Positions 24,972 to 36,900 of a stretch of DNA of 64,000 nt are shown in pieces. A model generated the notes under the pieces. It saw only the letters and a program-made list of their open reading frames with translations, did no database searches and was not told the origin of the DNA. This DNA comes from Balanoglossus misakiensis (lineage: Eukaryota > Animalia > Hemichordata): positions 1,371,403-1,435,402 of the forward strand of contig CM082576.2 of NCBI GenBank assembly GCA_040954595.2. Direction: 5' to 3'. Position 1 is the first letter of the stretch. Each line of letters opens with the position of its first letter. Position numbers and translations under genes: made by a program.

Positions 24972-26447
24972 CTATGTCTTTTGGATAATGATTTGAAATT
25001 TACCTGAAAGATAGAACACAAAGTGACATATGATGAGTATTTATAAAGTGGAGTGTGATCACAAGAAGATGTAGTACATGTACAACAGTGGTATTTTTCT
25101 AATCAATGCTTAATAATGGTACTGGAAGGATGTGTGTCTCTCTCTGTTGCAGTAAGAGTTTACGTCTAATGGGAGTTTGCTCTGCTATTATGACTGTCAA
25201 GATGGATAATTCACTTACATGCTGGCATTGATGTGACTTCAGCTGTTACAATGGAGTTGATCCCTAGATTTGCTAATGCTCCTCTAACCAGACCACAGGG
25301 AAGTGCTAAATACTAGAAAATCAAAGACATGTTTGATTACATTTATGATTTATTCAATATAACAAACCAAAATATATTATCATGAATGATACGAGAGATC
25401 TGTTCATATAAGCAAAGACCAATGTGCCCCCCTATGCCTATTTGACGCACACTGACTTGAAAAACTAACTGGTGACTCAAGAAAATTATCCACAATACAT
25501 GTACATGCAAAGGTATAGGGCTGACTCAGAAACTCTTTGGCATTATCCTGTTGCTAATTTACCTTTGGTGCAAACTCCATGTACTGTTTACCAGCTGCCA
25601 TTTGTTGTAATAGTTTAAATCTGTTATCCTGTAGTACATATACACCCTGGAAAGATACACAAATCATTAATTAAAATGTAGGCATTTCTCATGGGGTCGT
25701 GAAAAAATCCTAGATGTCAAGTGTTAACAAAATGCCAATGCCACTGAAGCACAGCTAACCAGTATAGTTGTGTACTGACCAATATTAACCAAGAGGCAGG
25801 TCTGCATCTGTTTAAATACCAAGATGTGCAAAGGTAGGTCAAAGGTCAACAAAAACTTTGGAAACAAATTTCAGTCACATATAAACCATCACAAACTCCC
25901 CATCTATTGTGAATGGAGAAATGTTGATTCTCTCACCTGATGATTTGTTCTGAGGTTGTCCACTTGTTTTTTATAAATGGTGGTCCAAAAATCTTTACAA
26001 AGGAATTTCATGATATCTAGATCATCTTTGAAACGAGGGGTGTCTTTGGTAAACCTTTCTATTAGACTCTGTCCAATCCTGTATCCAAGATGTTCCAACT
26101 TTGAAATGCAGTTATCCTGGGTATAAAAAGCAATACTTTTGCTACAATTGGATACCAAGTTCTATGAAGAATTTGCTGGTCTGCAATGAGGGATCGTGGG
26201 AGGGGCGTTGATCGCCCGTGGGAGGGGACACTTGTCAACAAGCCGGGTGGTGGCGCTCAGCCAGGGACTCGATGCATTACTGAAATTGTAAGTGGTGGCT
26301 CCACATCAGAAACATTTCTCCCTCCCAACCCTGCCGCTTACCAATATCAAGAAAAAGAAGCCTAACCTGTTCGTTATTTTTTGCGGTTCTGTAAATGTAC
26401 GACACCAATTCCATATGAAGGAACTCAAACATCACCTCTTCCGCCAT
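24972..26447 (-). CDS. TRAPPC6B: Trafficking protein particle complex subunit 6B (156 aa)
   Basis: Exons 26447-26367, 26116-25937, 25646-25563, 25312-25219, 25003-24972 give MAEEVMFEFLHMELV...GYRIGQSLIER...DIMKFLCKDFW...VDNLRTNHQGVYVLQDNRF...CGLVRGALANLG...CKFQI. Confidence 0.93.
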
Positions 26448-26476
26448 TTTGGACATTTAGCGTTCTCCGGCTCCAA

Positions 26477-26491
26477 CCTCTAGGGGGCACT
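26477..26491 (+). promoter_or_regulatory. CTCF-like motif in the TRAPPC6B/ACTMAP bidirectional promoter
   Basis: CCTCTAGGGGGCACT fits the CTCF core CCNCYAGRKGGCR. Confidence 0.45.
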
Positions 26492-26820
26492 GTTTGCTGA
26501 AATTAGCCTCGGATTCTGTTTCGGATTCAAAACGCATCCCCGCCCACCCCCACGGCGGGTACGGTTTATCTATCGGATGACCACTGAATAGCTTGGTTGG
26601 AAACTTTTCATTAAACTGTAGGTTAGTCTGACTGTCATGTTGATCCGCCGAAAGTTTTATGTGAGTTGTTTTTAATCTAAAGCCTATACGCGAGGGGATA
26701 CGTTGATACGTAGTCCCACACTTCCGGGTTGATGCAAACGAATGACATGATCAGGACAGACTGACTGCAACTGGTCCTTGCCCAGAGAAAGTGTCACTGT
26801 GTGGTGGTCTGATCAATTCA

Positions 26821-28972
26821 ATGTCGTCACCCCCACCACCACCACCACCTCCCCCGCCACCCCCACAGTTGCCATCAATCGTAACTGGATCTGTCTTCAA
26901 TGCAGTCAAGTCATCATCATCAGCTGAAGATATTCAATGCATTTGGAAAAGAATTTCAGCTCGGTATGTAATGCAAAATATTCTCTGTATGGGCCTCCAC
27001 ACATGTAGTTTAGGTACATGCATGCATACATACACTTTTCTTTTACAAAAGGGATGCAATCTTGGTTGCAGTGTGTACATGTATTTAAAGCAATCTGTTC
27101 AGTAGCCATGCAGTAACTATTTTTTATCCATCCTTTACAGTGTTGATGAAGATGAGTGCCAATCTCAGATTTGGTACATTTACAATGCTGCAGTCAGTTC
27201 TGTGCTTCAAGATGGACCAAAGTAAGTCAAACAATCTGTACATCAGTGTTCTCCCCAAAAAATGTCTGGTGAAGTGCTGGCTAATTTTTGTATTTTCATT
27301 GTCCATACAGATGTGGATTGGTGGCACTGTGTATGGCTACTGAGATGCTAAGTCAAGACGCTTCATACAGTGTGAATGCACATAATATAGAGGAAGTGTA
27401 CCAAGCAGCAAAGCATGCTGGGTTCACTTGTCAAGGTGAAATGTTTTCAGGTAAATTCTTGCACTTTGCCCTTACTGTGTGAAGTGCAATTGTACACTTC
27501 CCTTGAATTAAAGCTCAGCTGAGAAGAGTCATTCTGTTACAGACTGTATAAATAGTCATCCCAAAAGTCTTCCATATTGAAATACATTTTTATCATCTGC
27601 ATGTATTTCATTTAAATGAAAACCGTAACCAATGTGACTTGTATTTTATGAATTTCAATATATTTCACAAGATGGAATTCATCACTAGCTCAGCCTTGGT
27701 GACAAGGATACAGAATAAGTTTGGCTCTGCAGTGAATGATTATTTCCTTTGTTTCTTGGAAGCTATGGACATGGGAAGACTGGCTGAACAATTCTGTGGT
27801 TGCTGCTCCAAAGTTGAAGATAAGTTTCCTGATAAGTTGAAGTTGATTCAACATCTCCTGCACGGCTTCCCAATCCTTGTTCCGTATCCTTTCATTCCAT
27901 CACTGCTCCATAAATCAACACCATGACTATTTGATCAGCATCGACATGTTTACAGATAAGCTACTGGTATCTTCTCTTTGATCCTACAAAGCAGTAGAAC
28001 ATTATCTATCCTTAACAATCATTCTGTAATTGTAGATATGATGCAGATTGCAATCATGAACCATGTTGTAAGCTTGGTCATAAGGCTCATTGGGCTGTAC
28101 TTACAGGCAAGTAATATAGTTATTGGTGGAGCTTGTGAATGAGTGGTGTAGATGTACATGGAAAACACAGATCCTGGACGATACATGGGCTGACTTGTTT
28201 GAGTATTGATTGTTCTGTGGAGTGTGTGAGAAGCAGTGGATGGGTACAAGAATTCTTAATGCTCTTCTATACATGGTGCAGGTGACCCTTCAAAATAAAC
28301 TGGGTATTACGATTTTTAAAACTGGTACGGGTACTTGACAGCTTCTACTGACCTTGCACAACTCACTTCATTCATTTGAATGGAAGACTGGTACAAGTCT
28401 TACCACTGTAAAACCAAGTTTAGGAGAGTCAAGCGCCCTCAACGCCCATGGTTAAAATCTGACTGCTATAGGTTGCTTGTGCTCATCAAAGGTTTGGCAA
28501 CTACAACCCACCATCCTATGTGTATCACAACACTGTCCTTTACAGTGTGTACATCTGTGGGTGGAGCCAATGAAATCCTGTAACAGATAATGTAGCAGCA
28601 AAAATTGTAGAAATATCTCATTTTATTTTATTATTTGTGGTAGGGTTTTTGACAGGAACGGCACAACCAATGCCATCTTGCCAAAATGAAAACTGCCAAC
28701 AGGATGAAAATATACCAACTCTGTATCATCTCAAATGCAAATCAAGATTTCCGTTGGAAACTGATACAAGGTGTCTCTACCTGCTTGCAAAGCAAGGCAA
28801 GAGTCGCCATCTGCAAGCATGGAAGTACGAGGACCTCAAGAACAGTAACTCGCAACTTTTATATTTGGATCCAGAAAGGGCCACAGACATTGATAATTAC
28901 ATTCTACCAACCAAAGGTGTTGAGGATGGTCTGTGTAGTAAGACTGTGTTTCTTTCACCAGTTGAAATGTGA
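26821..28972 (+). CDS. ACTMAP: Actin maturation protease (C19orf54/UPF0692 family), ~294 aa
   Basis: Exons 26821-26963, 27141-27221, 27311-27450, 27763-27883, 28036-28106, 28644-28972. N-terminal polyproline, GPKCGLVAL (catalytic Cys), QGEMFS, VPYDADCNHEPC..GHKAHWAV, and KQGKS motifs. Confidence 0.9.
27884..28035 (+). other. U12-type (minor spliceosome) GT-AG intron in ACTMAP
   Basis: 5' splice site GTATCCTTT, branch site TCCTTAAC at 28009-28016, AG at 28034-28035; removal restores the VP-YD frame. Confidence 0.9.
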
Positions 28973-30953
28973 CTATATAAACAATATTATTAGCCTGTAA
29001 TGTTAACGTTTGAAATGTATTTTATTGGTTTTGATATAAGCAAAATACAGAACATAAAACAAGAAATTGTACTATACTGTCTTCAAGTTTTATCTCCTTA
29101 ATACTCACAAGTATAAACACTTCATAAATTAACATTTCGATTGATGCATTCTACTTAAAAGCATTAAAGTACAATGACAGTTGAACTCCCTGAAAAGTTG
29201 GTTGAAATTGTATCGATTTTGCAGCATGGAACTCTTGAATCTCTTTTTGCCTTTTGTTTGTTACAGCGAGAATGTTCTCTTTAATCACATCTTAAGCATG
29301 CTGATAATGAAAACTGAAATTATCATACTGGATGATTGCATCTTGGAAGAATAAAAATGACAAGATCCAGATGCAATTGCGAGTCTTGATTTAACATGAG
29401 AACAAAATAAATTACAAACAGTAAAATACTGAACTTCTTTTTGCTCTCCATCAAAATGAGGATGGCATCCAATGAAACGCAGGTTCTATATAAATCATGA
29501 ATATGCAAGATGCCATCTTGTCCATGTGTGGTATTATTTCTACATCACTCCCGCCCTAATATATATTTACAAAACGTCTAATCTAACAGGCCTTAAACTG
29601 TCATCAGAAGTCAAGGGTCACATTTAAGCCATGAAATAGAGTTTACACTTCTTTTGGTATCTTTAATTATTGGGTGCTGAAATTCTAGATGTGTATACAA
29701 AAGCACCAACAGATGAAAATCTTCATGCACAAGATTTGGACTTGTGTCCATCTTAAGTGAAGACTTTTCTGAAATGACAACAATGTACTAGCAGATGTGG
29801 TCTTCCCATGACACTGAAAAATTTGAGCTCTGTAACAGATCTTTTACACTTCTGTGAGACAGGTAAAGGTAGTAGATGAAAAGACCCATGAACAGACAGG
29901 GCCTACAAACTGTATGTGACAAACCCAAATTTCAGATGCACAAAAGTAGTCACAACACTCGTACACATACAAACACACTTGGGAATAGATGTATTCTGAA
30001 TATGTGTATTCTGGTGTCTGTTCATATGCACATATTTGCACATACTTCTGTCTGTTCTAATTCAATTTTCAAATATTTTGAACGGAAATTCAGCCAATTC
30101 AACTGCAACTTGATTGATATAAAGGTTGTGATGCCTGCTTCTACTGAAGTATATATTTTTCACTTGACTATTAGTTTGTAGGTGAACTTTAGGGATCAGG
30201 ATTTATGGGGACAAAACATGATTGAAAAAGGGTAAATACTGGGCACAGGCCTGGATGTGTTTGGGCAAGTTGAAGCAACTAGCTTGTGGAAGATGTCTTC
30301 TGAAATGACAATGTTCACCCCAGAACAATTAAAGAGTAAGTATCATTTTTGGAGGGAAAAAAATAGAAACCAATTTTCATAAATGATTACATTGCTATGC
30401 AAATAAACAGAAATTCCTGGGGAGAACACTGTTCTAATATATATAAAAAAAATACTGGCAAAATATAGCAAAATTCTTTCACTGTTTGAGTTCTAAGAAG
30501 GATGTATATATGCCTTTATTAACTATTTTGCCATCTTTGCATCACCTTTACATAAAACAAAACAAAAACGGGGAGAAAAATATTGTAATTTCATGACAAG
30601 TTGCCACAAGCAATCAATGCATAGGGTTCATGACTCCAATATTTATTTGAAGACTAAAATTGAGAATTTTTAAAGGAGAAATTTACTGCATCTTAAGTTA
30701 ACCAAGACAACATGCTTCCTTTCAAAGGATTATTAATAGACTTTGTATCAAATTTCATGATATCAACATTTCCCCCCATCAGAAGACCCCTTACTTGAAT
30801 TTTCAAAAAGGAATCAACTACTGTATTACAGAAAATATCCAATTCCATTGGCTCTCACTGAGTTAATCATTTATGACTGTGTTGCGCCAAGCATGCCCTA
30901 AACTCAGGAAAGGAACAGTCATGAACTCAACATGTTTTGAGGTCTATCTGGAT

Positions 30954-33900
30954 TCACTCATCTTGTATTGTTTCTTCTTTATTATTACTCTCTTCTTGAT
31001 TTAAATCATCCTCATCTCTTCCCTCCCCTTCCCTCTCTCCCTCCTCCTCCTCCCCTTCTCCCCCCCGGATCATTTCATTATCTCCCTCATTTTGTCCCTC
31101 AACGGTTTCATCCATCTTACCTTCCTTACCTACATCATTATCAGGAACATCCTCTTCTGCCTTCTCTTTTTTAACTGGTTCTGTTTCCATGACAACCTGT
31201 GGTTCAATAAACTCAATGGTGTTTTCTTCAGCAAGATCATCCATTTCTACATCATTACCATGACTACCATCATGCCTTGTCTTACCCTTCTCCTCTTCTG
31301 TGTCTTCACATTCTTTGTTCTCTTCTTCTTCAAGTTTTCTTCTTTCTTCTCTTTGCAACTCAATTTCCTTTTCTTCCAGCTTAATTTCCTCCTCAGTCTC
31401 AGTTCTTCTCTTTTTCATGATTTCTGCAAATGACACAAATCAAACAATTCATTGTCAATGATAAAATCCCCGCTGGATTAATTAAGGAAAACGAGAGGAA
31501 ATCACAGCCAAATGAAATCAGTCAAGGCATGTCTGCAAGAACACTCACTCCAGCTGAATGCAGAGAGGACAGACAGACATACAGACAGCTTCCATGTATG
31601 TGAATACAGGAGCTAAAACCCAGTGATCTCTGACTTTGAAAAATTTAAGCCATTATTTGCACAATAATCAGCCTAATTGAAAGCATCAATTTTCACAACC
31701 TAGTAATATTATCCTTTCCTGTTTACACAGAATTGCTTTGTAAGTTATAGTTTCATAATTTCTATGTGCGTCACTGTTTAACTCTGGAGGGGATTGGATA
31801 ATGAGGCAACCTTCAATCATAACTTATTAAAATGTGATTATTGTCATCCCTGACTTGGTGTGAAAATATTATAACAGACTTCAATGAGATAACACCTGTT
31901 TGATTGTTATCACAATACAATATGCTCACACCTTCACTTCCCAGGAGATGTTCTTAATTACCTACAAGATAATGTACTGAAACAATGCACCATGGTAATT
32001 CCTTTTTCTAGTGTGTCACAACACACAAAGGAAGTAACAATGAAAATGATGCAGTGAGTGCAGTGGGCACAGTAGTTATCACATGGGGTACCCTTGTGTG
32101 CAGCATAATTTCTGTGAGTAGTCAGTCCTTGTGCAGTTAGAATGATGTGAAGAGACTGAATTACTGCTCTGCCGGGACTGCAGCTTCTAACACTGTTATC
32201 TCTGCCAGCGGATTCGGAGGATGGGAAAATTGACGTACACATGATAAGACTAGTGACACTGGAGACGAGTTTTGTTGTGCATGACAGGCAAGGCTGAGGA
32301 CTTACGTTGAGAGATACGGAGCTTTCAAGCCAATAGGTGTCAAGTTGGAAATGGATTTTCTCTAATGTGAGTATACTGTTCTACTCAAGGATATCACTTA
32401 CAAACCTCTGGAAGGTAAACGTAACTACATATACGACATATATTCTCCAGTGATCTCGGATAAAAGACAAAAGACATGAGCAGAAAATGATTGCAAACAT
32501 CCAAATATCAATCGTCTCAAGTCATAATCAAGGTATGGATGGTATTCTAATCGCTAAGATTTCTTGTAGTTTCGAAAAATGCAGCTTTTAGTTAATCCTT
32601 ATCAAAATAGTGTAAAAGTATCAGCTGGATTGAATGAGGTGTAGAGTTGATTTATTTATTTTTTTAAATATCGGTACATGTTTGTTACGTACACTGCTAC
32701 AATACAGAAGCTGCTTTTGACGGTTAATACTTTAATGCAATCATTAATCATTAAAAACAAGGAGAACCCATAAAAGATACAGCAAATTAAACATAAGCCA
32801 ACTATATATGCACTAAAGGAATAGTACTATCCACTGAAACTACACGTAGATTGTTATATACAGAAAAAAATGCAATATATTAATTCACAGACAGTAGAAG
32901 GCCATGGCTATGATTAATTCTATGATGCTATTTAATAAATGTGGAGATTATTTCTCAAGTACCCTGGAACGAGTACTGTAATAAATACCATAGAGTTTAT
33001 TCTCTAGTCATGTTTATAAAATAAAACTATTATGGTTTGTTTCATCAATAGACTAGTGCATACTCTTGTGATTGACGTGTTTATAATGTTTTGATATTTA
33101 AAAGTGAGATGGCGTGGGGGGGGGGGGGGTTTATTGGAATACTGAGTCTTCCTGATACTGACAATAATCAAAAGACTTGTATTTTTATGGGATTTGACTT
33201 CAAAACCTACTACATGTATTACCAATTTATGTCGCAAAGACATAAATGCTCAAAACCATTAAGCCACATCTGTACCTCAGAATGGTGGTTCAATAACCGA
33301 GCAAGGTTGTTGAGTGCGGCTGTCGCATGTAGCATCAGCTTTAAGAATGTAACACATACACGCAAGCTCCAAACTACACACGCATACAGTTTTCATTGTT
33401 CAAGTGAGCAGCAATCAAGCAATATGATTTCCACTTGGTGTTAAGTTAAAATGTTAATCTGAAGATTGGCGATAGTCTACAGAGATTAATTTTACATTGA
33501 GCTTGCAGTTGTCTCTAAAAAATCCGCTGACGATGCATCTTTATTCCTCGCTCACAGTTGTTGAGAAATCAATACAATCTAGAGAGATTCAATTTTATAC
33601 CTGGGACTTCACCATGACAGTTGTTGATGAATTAAATTGTGGAGAAATCACACAACTGTGACTGTCTAAACAGAAATAGGTGCATTTGCATTTGACAGCT
33701 ACTCGGAGAATTTAAGTTACACTAGATTAATTTGTCAGAAAGGCAGATCAATCATCAGTCTACAGAGATTTAACTTGCAGTAGACTTGACCATGACGGTT
33801 GTCTAGAGATTCAAGTTGTAGAAAATTAACATGAGCCTAGAGGGAATAGCATTGATCAACATTTCTGCGCTCCAGCTGAAATCAAATCTGAAATGTAGAT

Positions 33901-36900
33901 AGCATTGCCTTTCAAAAGCACTTTTCTACCAAATCCGATCATGTTGCCATTTGCTTTTAGACCAGAACGTCATCTCACCATTTTTTGCCTAGCCAACCAA
34001 ACCCCACACATTGCTCGATACCCATATACAATGTACTGCCCTCTAGTCCTGCAAAATTGTTCAGAAAATCCCACTTGTATCAGAGATAATAACGGCTTGA
34101 TAGCCTCATTATTTGTTAAGATGTAGAGATCATATTGAAAGATTTGCGAAGTTTTTGTATAATGAGGCTTACATGAAGGTCAAAACAGCTGCTAGAATTT
34201 ATTTCATACACTGTTGATGAGCCTGCAGTGACTACAATCTTATCAATGACATAATCTAAAATATTTGATTTAGTGTCATTAATTTTGAAACAGACACTGA
34301 GTGATAATGTATGTCTGCATCAATGAGCAATGAATATTCATGAATACATGATGACGTATCTCTAAACTATGGTATTGACATCCGCAGACCTGATCCAGAG
34401 ATTTAAGTTATAAATGTACCAGATTTATTCCTCATGATAGTGGATAAACATAATAGTCTAGAAATATTCAATTATATGACAGTTGTCTGCAGATTTTGGG
34501 GTTGTAGAAAATCAATTCCTTAGTTCAGGGCTGATATTTGTTCAGATTTTCTTGTACGTCAAATCTGCTCCAGGCCGGAGTCAAGAGATTACAGTATTAG
34601 AAATTACACAGTTCGGGATCCTAGAAATGACTTCACTGTACATATTTTAGTCCGTTTTATCATGTTATCCTTAAATTTTCATAAAAATCAGGTATGAATG
34701 CAAGAGTTCAATGGCTTTTTACAGTACAGTTAGAATTTTTGAAGGCTAATAAGTATAACTTCACTTCACTCACAGAAACGGAATGTTTCATTTCTGATTA
34801 TCATCTTCTTATTTTTAATCTTTTTCAGAGCGGTTAAGGATGATGATGACGAGAATTATGGTGTATACTGTAAGCTGCATTAACCAATATTAGAGTTGAT
34901 GAGAGGAAAGCATGGAATTCACATCATCCGAAGCTCTCGAAAGTCACCAATTACATTCAACACACAATGACTCTGATGCTGATAATGACTACCATGTGAA
35001 CTCTCTGTCATCTTCAGAGGCCTGGATAGCTTTTCAAGTTCTAATGATGTCAGTATTCTGTATCAGTGGCACATTTGGAAACATACTCACTATTGTGGCA
35101 GTGTTTAAGACCAACAAACTGCAAACCATACCCAACTACTTCATTGTTAACTTGGCAGCAGCCGATCTCATAGTATGCCTGTTGCTGGAACCTTTCTGCA
35201 TCTTTACCATCATACACAAGGGATGTTTCCTGTCTCAGGCTCTTTGCCAAATGCTGGCAGTAGCCACTGTCACAAGCATGGGTGCCTCCGTACTGAGTAT
35301 GGTTGTCATTGCAATAAACAGGAGCATAAACATTACGAAACCTCTGCAGATCTATGAGGATCTTTATACAAAGAAGAGAACAGTGTGGATGTGTATAGCA
35401 ATATGGCTCGTGCCCTTAATTTTCTCCTTGCTTTTCTTGTTGCCAATGAAATTTGCCACATTGGCATACAACCCTGTTATCCTTTCATGCACACTGGTGC
35501 CCTCAGGGAACACACCAAATGTTCTCTTGATATTCAACTTGGTAAGTCTCGGGATATGCTACTCTGTTCTGCTGATATGCTACATGAAGATTTACAACAT
35601 TGTACGTCTTAACCGTAACCGTGTTTGCGGCCTTCAAAACCAACAGCCTAGTAGTAGTAGTACTACTGATAATCCTCTTCAGGGTGACTTGTGTAGTCGA
35701 GCCAAGCAGATTGAACTCCATGTGGCCTTCAATGTTCTTATCATCTTTATTCTGTTTTTGATATGTATGTGTCCATACATGGTAGTGTCATCCATTGGTG
35801 TATCTGAGAATCTACATCCTTCTGTTGGGGCTCTGATCACTATGGTTGCATACGCCAATTCATCTGTCAACTGCATTGTATATGCTTCTCGAAACAAGGT
35901 CTACAGGGAGGCTTATTATCGGATCTTAACCAGAAAATGTACTACAACAACCTGATTCAAAACTGGGATAATGGAGCAACACAAAGGCAAATTATATTTA
36001 AACCCTAAGAACAGAACTTGTATTGTCCTGATATTGTGCTCACAGTTAACAAGGTTCAATAGGGTTTATTGTTGGGAATGAAAATTAATAAAAAACATTT
36101 TATGGCTGCCAATGATGATTGTCTGTTGATTGACTATTGCTATATTTGCAATGTAAAAGCCCTGTTGAACAGAGCTTTTCACATTATTTAAAACATAATT
36201 TTGTGCTAACCAAGAGGCAAGTATCAACGGGTTATCAAACACTCACAGATATTCAACATACAAGTAAATAATTTAACAGATAAATAATAAACTAGTTATA
36301 AATCAAATATGGCTGCAAAACTTGCTATATCTTATTCAATGTGGAGTTTCATTTATCAGGCTTACATAGTGCAGCCAAAGGGTTTATTTTTCACTCAAAA
36401 ATACACTTCAAATATTTATTCATTCAAACAACTTTCACATGATGTCCTCCTTCAGCGCAACCCTGATTTTATACAAAGCAGCATATTTGTAGATGGTCTG
36501 CATATTACAAATCTGGAGACTTGAGATATTCATCATTTTATAGAGAGTTACGCCTTTTTCATCAAAACGTAACACTGGAAGAATCGTTGCCTCAACTCCA
36601 GAGATCCAAGTATCTGAAGCAATGAAAAGACTTCCAGTCTTCTATTGAGTTTGCATCACTTCAGAAACCCCTCAGGTCGAAATTTGACTTTATGTTACCA
36701 CACAATCATTCAGGCCTGAAAGGGTTAAGTAGTACATGTGAAAATGAAGCTGGCACGCTGTTTTCTCATGAATTTCAGTTTTGTGTATCATTCTTCATGC
36801 AAGTTGAGACCTTGTCAAATAAACCTATGATGCTTGACAAAGAGTCTCCTAGGAGATAGTGGCCTGTGGGTAAGGTACCGGTAAGAACCAGACACTCAGG

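Noticed and set aside
26160-26290. GC-rich segment with ATGAAGA...CTGA, resembling a C/D snoRNA
   Set aside because: The boxes are antisense to the host TRAPPC6B intron, the C box is imperfect, and there is no terminal stem or recognisable guide.
31092-31433. Hydrophobic, Phe-rich plus-strand ORF
   Set aside because: Antisense of the Glu/Lys-rich PNN terminal exon.
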